DNA of 64,000 nt from Candidatus Bathyarchaeia archaeon. GTDB taxonomy: Archaea; Thermoproteota; Bathyarchaeia; 40CM-2-53-6. Position numbers and translations under genes: made by a program. The stretch covers positions 32,001 through 96,000 of the forward strand of contig JBEKSC010000001.1 in the NCBI GenBank assembly GCA_049517415.1, in the 5' to 3' direction. Under the pieces are notes generated by a model. It made no database searches and was not told the DNA's origin. It worked only from the letters and a program-made list of their open reading frames with translations. Positions 9,870 through 18,589 of the stretch are shown in pieces; positions within the stretch are counted from its first letter, which is position 1, and every line of letters starts with the position of its first letter.

Positions 9870-11423
9870 ATGGCTTCCAAGTCGTCACCTGGGAAAGCCC
9901 CAGTCTTCGTTAGGGATGCAACCGGACTCCGGAAGAACGTCAGTCTATTGGATGCTATATCAATCAACGTAAGTGACATGTCTGCGGGCGCTGCACTTGC
10001 GAATATTGGTTTTACCACGATCCTGTTGCCCACCATGGCTGGTGTGAACCTCGTCTTAGGCTCACTCATAGCGTTCGTGCTCATCGTGCCGCAAGTCATC
10101 ATCTACACAATGATGACAAGACGGATGCCACGCACTGGGGGAGACTACGTTTGGGTCTCTAGGTCGATGGGGGGTTTTCTCGGGAATGTCTTGGCCTTGA
10201 GCGGTTACACTATGGGAAACATTCCATTCGCAGCGCTCATCGCGTTATCCGCAGTGTTCGCGATTGGATCAGTTGGCGTTTCATTAGGTTACCAGAATAT
10301 GCTTAGTTTAGCACTTCCAGGAAACATGCAAGGCGCAGCTCCGGCTTCACAGTTCCTCCTGGCCAGCGTGATTTTGATCGTACTCTTCGCGATTAACATC
10401 GTCAGACCGAAAATCGCATACAAGTTGATCTCGATCTTTACGGTGATCGGAATCGTCTCTATGTTGGTGGCCGTTTTCGTTCTCGTGTCAAGTGGGACCA
10501 ATGGCGCTGTCAACTACGTGAATTCTCTTGGCAATTCCACATTGACTTTTCAGGGCATCGCGAGGAGCTATACAGGGCCGTCTTTCGATTGGGCTGCAAC
10601 TCTCATGTTCGTGCCGTACTTTGCTTTCTTCACCTACCCATGGGTTAACGCTGCACCTGCGGTGGCCTCCGAGATCAAAGGAAAAAGCGCGTTGAAATGG
10701 AATGTCGCGGTTTCCGCGGTTGTTGTTATGCTATTGGTTACAGGAGCGTTTGGATCCATGTACTACGCAGGTGGAATGGCGTTCGTTAACGCAGCCTTGG
10801 CCAACCCAACTATGGTGTATAACTACTCGTTCAACTTTTGGACGTTCGCAATGGGTGCTACAACGAATCCGATTCTGTCATGGATAATCGGAATTGGTTG
10901 GATCCTTTGGATCATCAACATTCTCGCGTACCTTGTGGTTGTAGAAGGCAGATATCTCATGGCGCAAGCGTTTGACAGGTTTTTGCCTTCAATGGTTGCG
11001 TACGTTAGCAAGTATGGCTCGCCCGTCGTCGCCCACCTTATCGATCTGGTGATAACGATTGCACTCGTCGCGGGCGCGTCATTTCTCTACGGTACTTTTG
11101 TCTCACTATACGGAACGATAGTTGGCCCCATGATATACTTCGCCTTCGTTGGTGTTGCCGCTGTGATATTTGCGGTTAGGAATGAGAAGGGAGCTCCGAA
11201 AGTAATCCTAGCGATTGTAGGAGTTCTTTCCGCTGGGGTCTTCCTCTGGTTGACTGCGGAGTTCCTTCTCTACTGGACTATCTGGGGAGGCAACTGGCTG
11301 GCCTACGGATTTATTGCTGGAACAGCGATCGTCGGTGCCGTCATCTACGTTACATCAAAGATGTACCACGCGCGCAGAGGGCTTGACATTTCACTGGTGT
11401 ACAAGCAGTTACCGCCCGAGTAG
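9870..11423 (+). CDS. APC-family amino acid/polyamine permease
   Basis: FVRDATGLRK N-terminus, MPRTGGDYVWVSR and ~12-14 hydrophobic segments. TATA-like TTAAATA/TATAA upstream of ATG 9870. Confidence 0.9.
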   Translation: MASKSSPGKAPVFVRDATGLRKNVSLLDAISINVSDMSAGAALANIGFTTILLPTMAGVNLVLGSLIAFVLIVPQVIIYTMMTRRMPRTGGDYVWVSRSMGGFLGNVLALSGYTMGNIPFAALIALSAVFAIGSVGVSLGYQNMLSLALPGNMQGAAPASQFLLASVILIVLFAINIVRPKIAYKLISIFTVIGIVSMLVAVFVLVSSGTNGAVNYVNSLGNSTLTFQGIARSYTGPSFDWAATLMFVPYFAFFTYPWVNAAPAVASEIKGKSALKWNVAVSAVVVMLLVTGAFGSMYYAGGMAFVNAALANPTMVYNYSFNFWTFAMGATTNPILSWIIGIGWILWIINILAYLVVVEGRYLMAQAFDRFLPSMVAYVSKYGSPVVAHLIDLVITIALVAGASFLYGTFVSLYGTIVGPMIYFAFVGVAAVIFAVRNEKGAPKVILAIVGVLSAGVFLWLTAEFLLYWTIWGGNWLAYGFIAGTAIVGAVIYVTSKMYHARRGLDISLVYKQLPPE

Positions 11424-11597
11424 CAGCACCTCTCCTGCTAACCAACGGTCATGTCAGGTGACGGCTTGGACCATCTTGCGCATTCGTTACTCCGACCGAA
11501 GTGCGGCAAGAAAATTCGTTAGATTACACTCTATTCAAGAGAGGAAGAACTTTCTAGCTCTCAATTACGAAGTCATTGACTTTGCGGTCCTTCCAAA

Positions 11598-11754
11598 ATG
11601 CCCAGTGAGAAACTATTACTTTTGGACCTCGGTTGCTTGGGTGGAGACATAGGCTAGTTCTCACCGGGGTGGCTCAGGAGGTGCTGCGGCAAACAAGAAC
11701 CGAAACCCATCTGTGACTTGGATGGAGATCCCAGCTGTGGTAGAAGTATCCTAA
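11598..11754 (+). pseudogene. Remnant of the N-terminus of a probable MBL-fold (AHL-lactonase-like) hydrolase
   Basis: ATG 11598: MPSEKLLLLDLGCLGGDIG*F, then after a frameshift GGSGGAAANKNRNPSVTWMEIPA. Resembles N-termini of archaeal lactonase-family proteins, recognised from memory only. Confidence 0.35.
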
Positions 11755-11901
11755 GGCTCTAAAGACAATAGAATAGCGGCGTGCTGTGCGTGAGGATCTT
11801 CCACACCATCCAACATACATTGAGTTAGTCGTAGTCGTATGAAAGACTCACTTGGGCATGTCGACGGGACGAAACCAATGTCCCAGTTTTATTCATCGGT
11901 G

Positions 11902-12288
11902 TCAATATGGTTTCGGACCCGAAGAAGGAAATATGTTATCCACTTGAGCGTAGTAGAAAATGACGTCCACGTATCCCCCCGGATCATATTCAAAGACATG
12001 CCATTCAAGTTCCGGAGTGTGCAATGTCATACCCTTCCGAAGGGGTAGCCGCGGTCCCAACTTGTCCGGACTTGGCCCATAGCGCACATAGCCGTCCTTA
12101 GCGTCAATAACGTGGACGACTTCTTCGGCATGCTGGTGAGGCTGCATCGGTCCGCTTTCTTCACTGTAACGCGCAAATCCAGCTGTCATCTTCTCGCTTC
12201 GCGAAACACCAGTCTTGCCAACCACATGCTGGACCACTCTGCCAGGGAGCATTTCCTTCTTCAGAGTATCGCGCGGCATCAATTTCAT
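11902..12288 (-). CDS. Cupin-domain protein
   Basis: PHQHAEEV (motif 1) and TPELEWH (motif 2) metal-binding cupin signature. Confidence 0.75.
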   Translation of the reverse strand: MKLMPRDTLKKEMLPGRVVQHVVGKTGVSRSEKMTAGFARYSEESGPMQPHQHAEEVVHVIDAKDGYVRYGPSPDKLGPRLPLRKGMTLHTPELEWHVFEYDPGGYVDVIFYYAQVDNIFPSSGPKPY

Positions 12289-12538
12289 CCTAATGCGCCG
12301 TTTCGGGATGAGTCTACAAGATAAACATAAATCTTAAGCGTGATTCCCTTAAGTCGAAGAGAGCTGTCCCTTTCTACAGTCAGTCAGTGAAGCATACAAA
12401 AGAGTTTGCGAAACACGAAGCGATGCTGAGCTGCCCCCTACTCCGGAAATAGATTCTTTTCTCCAAGTTGCCTACATTTTCCAGAATTGTCAAAACTCAA
12501 ATAATCGAAACGTCCATTGATGGATATCGTGATATGTT

Positions 12539-13915
12539 ATGGGCAGTTTCTTTACAATTAACCCTGCAACAAGTGAGAGAATACGAGAATACAAAACGAT
12601 CGGAGAGGGAGAAGCTCGCGCCTTCGCAAAAGAAGCGAATCTAGCCTTTGAAAGGTGGAGGGAAACCGAGATCTCTCAGAGATCAGAGCTGTTATTGAAT
12701 CTCGCGAAAGTACTGAGAGATAACAAGACTGAGTATGCAAGAGCAATGACGGTGGAGATGGGAAAGCCGATAAAGCAGTCGCTTTCTGAGGTTGAGAAAT
12801 GCGCTTGGAGTGCTGAGGTTATAGCGAAGAATGGAGGGGAGTGGTTACGAGATGAACCCGGTGAGACTGATGCATACAGGAGCATTGTTGCGTTTGAACC
12901 ATTGGGCACGATACTCGGAGTGATGCCTTGGAATTTTCCGTTCTGGCAGGCATTAAGGTTCGCTATGCCAGCTGTCCTAGCTGGGAACACAACCATGTTG
13001 AGGCACTCAAACGTTGTTCCTCAATGCGCTCTGTTGATAGAGGAAGCATTCACGAAAGCGGGTTTTCCAGACAATGTGTTCAAGACTGTGGTAACCGAAC
13101 ATTCTGTCGTTGACTCGCTCATTGGAAGTGAGTACATAAGGGGCGTTTCATTTACGGGCAGCACAGATGCCGGACGGCATATCGCAGTGTTGGCTGCCCA
13201 GAATCTGAAGAAATGCGTCTTAGAACTCGGGGGAAGTGACCCCCTAATAGTCCTAGAAGACGCCAGACTCGATAAGGCAGCAAGCATCGCAGCTGAATCG
13301 AGGTTGGTCAACTCTGGCCAAAGCTGCATTAACGCGAAACGGTTCATAGTTGTCAAAGGAGTATACGACGAATTCAAAGAGATGCTGGTCACAAGTGTGA
13401 AGAAACTTGTCGTGGGAGACCCTCAGGATGAGAAGACAGACGTCGGCCCTCTGGTCAGAGAAGACTCTCTGAAGCTCGTCGAGTCGCAGGTTAAGGATGC
13501 GATAAAAAGAGGCGGGCGGGTTCTAATCGGCGGTAGAAGACTAGCGAGACAGGGATATTTCTACGAGCCAACTATCATCGATAACGTTGGGAGAGACGCA
13601 CGGATTGTGAAGGAAGAAGTATTCGGACCCGTTGCACCGATCATAATGGCACGTACCGAGGAAGAAGCAATCAGATTTGCGAATGAAACGGTATTTGGTT
13701 TGGCTGGAAGCCTGTGGACCGAAGACTTAGAGAGAGCTTCAAGGGCCGCCAAGAAGATCGAATCGGGAGTCGTGTTCGTTAACGGACTAGTGAAATCGGA
13801 TCCACGGATGCCGTTTGGTGGAGTAAAGCAGTCAGGCCTTGGAAGGGAACTTTCAAAATACGGGATAAGAGAATTCGTCAACACTAAAGGCATCAATGTA
13901 TACAGGACGACCTAA
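12539..13915 (+). CDS. gabD: NAD(P)-dependent aldehyde dehydrogenase, succinate-semialdehyde dehydrogenase (GabD/Sad) type
   Basis: MPWNFPFWQ, FTGS, LELGGSDP, NSGQSC, EEVFGP and PFGGVKQSG motifs. Confidence 0.88.
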   Translation: MGSFFTINPATSERIREYKTIGEGEARAFAKEANLAFERWRETEISQRSELLLNLAKVLRDNKTEYARAMTVEMGKPIKQSLSEVEKCAWSAEVIAKNGGEWLRDEPGETDAYRSIVAFEPLGTILGVMPWNFPFWQALRFAMPAVLAGNTTMLRHSNVVPQCALLIEEAFTKAGFPDNVFKTVVTEHSVVDSLIGSEYIRGVSFTGSTDAGRHIAVLAAQNLKKCVLELGGSDPLIVLEDARLDKAASIAAESRLVNSGQSCINAKRFIVVKGVYDEFKEMLVTSVKKLVVGDPQDEKTDVGPLVREDSLKLVESQVKDAIKRGGRVLIGGRRLARQGYFYEPTIIDNVGRDARIVKEEVFGPVAPIIMARTEEEAIRFANETVFGLAGSLWTEDLERASRAAKKIESGVVFVNGLVKSDPRMPFGGVKQSGLGRELSKYGIREFVNTKGINVYRTT

Positions 13916-13971
13916 TTACAGAAAATAGTCAGCTAACGGTGATGAAATAGTACCTTGATTGCTATCGGAAA

Positions 13972-14375
13972 GTTGATCTCCACGAGTTGAGCGGCTTCCC
14001 TGCCTTGTGAGCAAGCTCGCATTGACCTACCTAAGCGAGTTCTTGCAAGCATGAGATATAGCCGACCAAGGCAACTATTCCGACTACAAGAATCAGGCCG
14101 AAGCGGATTCAGCTGATACCCGAGTAAGTTGTAAGCTCCATATTGCAATTCATAAGGCAAACCCACCGTCCTCAGATCACCCGTCCACGCTATCACCTCG
14201 CAATTCTCGAGCAATAGGGCGACCCCCACGTTATGAGAATTGAGTTTCGTGTCGAGAAAACTGCGTCTCTTATGGCTGGGGTAACAAGATATCGTTGAAC
14301 TACCAGCCCGATGAAGTAGAAGAGTGGAATCACGAACACCGCCGAAATGATCGGGATGATTAGGAGAATAGTACA
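13972..14375 (-). pseudogene. livH: Frameshifted fragment of a branched-chain amino acid ABC permease (LivH-like); boundaries approximate
   Basis: Alternating frames give PIISAVFVIPLFYFIGLVVQRYLVTP..SILITWG / ALLLENCEVIAWTGDLRTV / FGLILVVGIVALVG / LYLMLARTRLGRSMRACSQGREAAQLVEIN, matching the LivH TRxGRAMRAxxxDxEAA signature. Confidence 0.7.
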
Positions 14376-14776
14376 TAGTACTGAGAGAAGTTCGAGTAAG
14401 CAGAGCGCTCGTTGATATTCGCGATGACTCAGAAAACGTACGGTTAGTCATTGGCGTGCTGGTCGACCTCAAGCGCTAGTTCCTGTACCTTTCGACTTGA
14501 CGAATGGGAGCGAGTTTTCGAACTTTGAAGAAACGGACAGGCTATTAGGGCCTTATTGGTCTCGAGCGATTAATGGTCTCAGACGCGGAATAACAGGAAA
14601 CTGGGAAGTCACAAGAGAATCATCTCTTGGCGTTCGTTCGTCAGCGTGTTTTCCGGTTTTATCGATATTCCAATGGCGCAAGAAGACCGGAGAACTTTGA
14701 GTCCCAACGCTTTCACGGAAAGAAAACGCGCATACCGTTTAGATAGAGGAAGACGGTTAGCGATCATTGACGAGCA

Positions 14777-15742
14777 TTGGAGACTGTTTCTTCTAAGGTA
14801 CTCCTTCTCAAGATGTACGAGAGCATGGTCATGCAGAGAATGTTTGAGGAAGAAGTGGCGGAACTCTACAAGAAAGGCAGAATTCCTGGGCTTGCACACC
14901 CGTATATTGGCCAAGAGGCCGTAGCAACAGGTGTATGTATGACCTTGGAAAAAAACGACCTTGTAGTTAGCAATCACAGAGGGCATGGCCACAGTCTCGC
15001 CAAAGGCGTTCCTGCTCGTTCCATCTTTAGCGAACTCATGGGCAAGGACTCCGGAATGTGCTTGGGCATCGGCGGTTCGATGCACAGCACAGATGTAGAT
15101 GCTGGATTGGTTTTCTCCACTGCAATTGTCGGTGGTGGGATACCCTTGTCCGTAGGTGTCGCTTTGGCTCTAAAGATGGGTAAGAAAGCAAATTGTGTAG
15201 TCTGTTTCTTCGGAGATGGTGCGAGCAATACAGGAGCTTTTCATGAAGCAGTGAATCTGGCAGCTGCTTGGAAACTCCCCGTGGTCTTTGTTTGTGAGAA
15301 CAACCAATACGCTATTTCAGTTCCGGTTTGCAAGTCAACATCAGCGCGCATCGCCGAAAGGGGCAAGTCGTATGGTATTCCTGGAATTCTTGTGGATGGC
15401 ATGAATGTGTTGGATGTTTACGCTGCAGCATCGGAGGTTGTTAGCGGAGCAAGGATAGGGAAAGGCCCAGCTTTGATGGAATGCGAAACCTACCGATACA
15501 AAGGTCATGGAATGTATGATACTGGATTTGACTATAGGACGAAGGAAGAAGTCGATGAGTGGATGGCACGTGATCCGATTCAAAACCTTGAACGAAAGCT
15601 GATCAGCGACAAGCTCGCTACAAATGAGGAGCTGGAAACGATTGGCCGTAGGATCAAGTCTGAGCTTGAAGAAGCTGTGAGGTTCGCCAATGAGAGACCA
15701 TATCCACCTGTCGACCTGCTGCCAAAATTCGTGTGGGGCTAG
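14777..15742 (+). CDS. acoA: TPP-dependent pyruvate/acetoin dehydrogenase E1 alpha subunit
   Basis: GQEA, HRGHGH, GGSMH, TPP motif FGDGA..x..CENN and TYRYKGH. Confidence 0.85.
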   Translation: METVSSKVLLLKMYESMVMQRMFEEEVAELYKKGRIPGLAHPYIGQEAVATGVCMTLEKNDLVVSNHRGHGHSLAKGVPARSIFSELMGKDSGMCLGIGGSMHSTDVDAGLVFSTAIVGGGIPLSVGVALALKMGKKANCVVCFFGDGASNTGAFHEAVNLAAAWKLPVVFVCENNQYAISVPVCKSTSARIAERGKSYGIPGILVDGMNVLDVYAAASEVVSGARIGKGPALMECETYRYKGHGMYDTGFDYRTKEEVDEWMARDPIQNLERKLISDKLATNEELETIGRRIKSELEEAVRFANERPYPPVDLLPKFVWG

Positions 15743-15759
15743 CTGGTGAGGATTTGAAG

Positions 15760-16725
15760 ATGCTAACATTTGTCGAAGCCGTCCGCGAGGCGTTGACCGA
15801 GGAAATGCGCCGTGATGAAAAAGTGTTCGTCATGGGAGAAGACGTGGGCAAGTTTGGCGGTGTTTTCAAGGTAACCAAAGGCCTGCTAGAAGAATTTGGA
15901 CCAGAACGTGTTAGAGACACACCGCTCTCTGAGAATGCGATAGTTGGCGCGGCGGTTGGGGCCGCGCTTATGGGCTATCGTCCCGTTGCAGAAGTAATGT
16001 ACATGGACTTTCTGAACGAATGCGCGGACCAGCTTGTCAATCATTTGCCGAAGCTCCACTTCATGACGGGAGGAAAACTAACGGCGCCTGTTGTCATCAG
16101 GACGCAGTATAGTCTAGGACGAAACACAGGAGCACAGCATTCTCAGTGCTTTCCAGCTTTCTACATGAATACCCCTGGGTTGATGCTGGCTATGCCCTCG
16201 ACACCCGCTGATGCGAAAGGCCTTCTCAAGACGGCCATTCGAGGAAACAATCCCGTTCTCTTCGTGGAATCTGCCATTCTGTATAGCAGCAAAGGAGAAG
16301 TCCCCGAAGACGAGTTTCTAATTCCGTTCGGGTGTGCAGATATCAAGCGACAAGGAGAAGATGTAACCCTAGTTGCAATATCCAGGTTGGTGGGAGAGGC
16401 CTTGGCGGCTGCCGATGCTCTGGCATCCGAAGGAATTAGTGTCGAAGTCGTTGATCCGCGGACGCTTGTTCCTCTCGACGCTAACACCATCATATCTTCT
16501 GTGAGGAAGACCGGACGCCTAGTTACCGCGGAAGATAGTTGCAGGACATCCGGAGTGGGCGCTGAGATCTTAGCCCGGGTTATGGAAAACGCCATGGATT
16601 ACCTAGAGGGAGTAGGACGTGTAGCATGCCCTGACATACCAGCACCATTCAGTCCACCTCTTCAGAGCGCCTACATGCCGACAAGAAACACGATAATTAG
16701 CACGATAAAGAGCATTATGTCATGA
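15760..16725 (+). CDS. acoB: Pyruvate/acetoin dehydrogenase E1 beta subunit
   Basis: MGEDVG..GGVF, DTPLSE, AQHSQ, DAKGLL and EVVDPRTLVPLD motifs. GGTGAGG SD upstream. Confidence 0.88.
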   Translation: MLTFVEAVREALTEEMRRDEKVFVMGEDVGKFGGVFKVTKGLLEEFGPERVRDTPLSENAIVGAAVGAALMGYRPVAEVMYMDFLNECADQLVNHLPKLHFMTGGKLTAPVVIRTQYSLGRNTGAQHSQCFPAFYMNTPGLMLAMPSTPADAKGLLKTAIRGNNPVLFVESAILYSSKGEVPEDEFLIPFGCADIKRQGEDVTLVAISRLVGEALAAADALASEGISVEVVDPRTLVPLDANTIISSVRKTGRLVTAEDSCRTSGVGAEILARVMENAMDYLEGVGRVACPDIPAPFSPPLQSAYMPTRNTIISTIKSIMS

Positions 16726-16739
16726 ACATACGATCTAAT

Positions 16740-17927
16740 TCATCCAGATTGCTCCATCAGCGATCGCGGATTCTCAAGAAGCCCTCTAACATTATTGAGA
16801 AACTTCGCTGCTGGAACACCGTCTATAATTCTGTGGTCGAATATCAGTGACAGAATAGCGCGAGGTCTAATCTTGATCGATTCACCCAACGCAACTGGTT
16901 TCCTGATAGTCTGTCCTACTGCGAGGATCGCAGCTTGTGGAGGATTGATTATCGGAGCAAAGAGCTCAACGCCCTCACTGCCCAAATTTGTAACAGTGAA
17001 CGTCCCTCCAGTCAGTTCATGGATACTTAACGTGCCAGAGATCGCCATTTCCCGGAGGTCTGAAATTCTTTTCGAGATCGCGGCTAGACTTAACTTTTCC
17101 GGACCGAAAATTACCGGCGCCGTCAGTCCTCTTGGAGTATCTATCGCCACAGCGATGTTAATGTCGTCGTAGACCTTGATACTGTCATCCTCAAGAGAGG
17201 AATTCAATATCGCGTGTTGCCGGAGGGCAAGGGCAACTGCCTTTACCACGAAAGTAGTCACTGAAACAGTCTCTCCAGTCTTGTCGCGAGCCTCCTTGAG
17301 AGCTTCCATATCCGCTTCCATGGTCACCATCACAGGGACGGTTGAACGGAAACTATAGGCCAAGCGTTCTGCCACTGTCTTTCGTATTCCCTCGAGCGGA
17401 ATAGTTTCTTTGACTTTCAAGCCGACTGCAGCCCGCATTTGGGGAACGGTTTTTTTGCGTTCGACGACCTTCAGCACATCTTCAGTCTGAACTCTTCCAT
17501 GTGGACCCGTACCGATTACCTCGGCAAGGTCAATTCCGTGTTGCCGTGCCAACGCCCTTGCTGCTGGCGAGGCTCGAATCTCACGCGATTGTAACTCTGG
17601 TTGTCTCGCCGGTGAGGAAGTCTCCTGCGAAGGACTGGGCTGCAATGGGTGTATCTGCACTCCAATTTGATCGGGTATCTTTTCACCCGCCTCTCCAAGG
17701 ATTCCCACGATCTCGCCAACAGGTATGTCTGAGCCTGACTGGCCGATTATCTTCAACAGTATCCCTGAGCCAGGGGCTTCGATCTCGAAAGTTGTTTTCT
17801 CTCCTTCTACCAGAACGATTGGTTCTCCCTTAACGACAGCGTCGTTCTCCTTTCTTAGCCATTCAAGAATCCTTCCTGATTGCATTGCAGCGTCTATGCG
17901 TGGCATTACTATTTCATTCACAATCAC
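16740..17927 (-). CDS. Dihydrolipoamide acyltransferase E2
   Basis: Lipoyl domain (VEGEKT), E3-binding domain (ASPAARALA..GTGPHGRV) and catalytic DHRIIDG. Confidence 0.92.
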   Translation of the reverse strand: MIVNEIVMPRIDAAMQSGRILEWLRKENDAVVKGEPIVLVEGEKTTFEIEAPGSGILLKIIGQSGSDIPVGEIVGILGEAGEKIPDQIGVQIHPLQPSPSQETSSPARQPELQSREIRASPAARALARQHGIDLAEVIGTGPHGRVQTEDVLKVVERKKTVPQMRAAVGLKVKETIPLEGIRKTVAERLAYSFRSTVPVMVTMEADMEALKEARDKTGETVSVTTFVVKAVALALRQHAILNSSLEDDSIKVYDDINIAVAIDTPRGLTAPVIFGPEKLSLAAISKRISDLREMAISGTLSIHELTGGTFTVTNLGSEGVELFAPIINPPQAAILAVGQTIRKPVALGESIKIRPRAILSLIFDHRIIDGVPAAKFLNNVRGLLENPRSLMEQSG

Positions 17928-17965
17928 TCCCTCCCCATCAATAGTGCGACGGCAATAGTCGGAAT

Positions 17966-18490
17966 TTAATGTATTGTACTATACGCCACATTCGAGAAGA
18001 GCGACGACTGGACAACGGCACCATATCTAAATTTCGACCCATGAAATCTCGCTGAAAACAAAGCCGGCACAAATGAATTGAGGCAGGAAAATGACCAATA
18101 GCCGGTTGTTACTTCAAGCATCTCAGAAGAATGAGTAAGGGATTCGATCGTTGTCTCCGCTAGGTGAGACGTAAAAATCACATTGTATAATTTGGTCAAA
18201 ATGCGGTTCTTGTCTAATGGTCCATCCCAGAAGCAATCAAGGACCGCACCGGAAATTCTCTCTTCTCTAAGGGCTTTGCAAAGAGCATTCTCGTCGATTA
18301 GTCCTGCTTTCGCCGCGTCGATCAGGTAGCTGGTCAGCTTCATTAGGGAGATTAGCTTCTCTCCGATGATGCCTTCTGTTTCCTTGGTCAACCCGGAATG
18401 AATGCAGACGTAAACTGACTCTTGGAAGAGCCCTTCGATGGACGTTGGTTCAGCCTTGATCATTCCGTCTCCAATTATCGCAATCTTCAC
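17966..18490 (-). pseudogene. Internally deleted, degenerate D-2-hydroxyacid (SerA-like) dehydrogenase
   Basis: N-terminal MKIAIIGD is joined directly to C-terminal motifs. These are decayed: LIDAAKAGLIDE (cf. INTARG), GAVLDCF, and FTSHLA (cf. TPHIA). The GxGxxG region is missing. Confidence 0.75.
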
Positions 18491-18589
18491 CAGCTTCTCC
18501 TATTCGAAATAGTAAGGCAACACAAACAGAGATCGATGTGCCTCGGAGTTCGTCAATGTTGATTCCCCTTGTTGGAAGGGTCTGGTCCC

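Noticed and set aside
13933..14472. 179-aa ORF with HPDH as a metallo-beta-lactamase
   Set aside because: The HxDH falls in an off-frame segment of the livH remnant.
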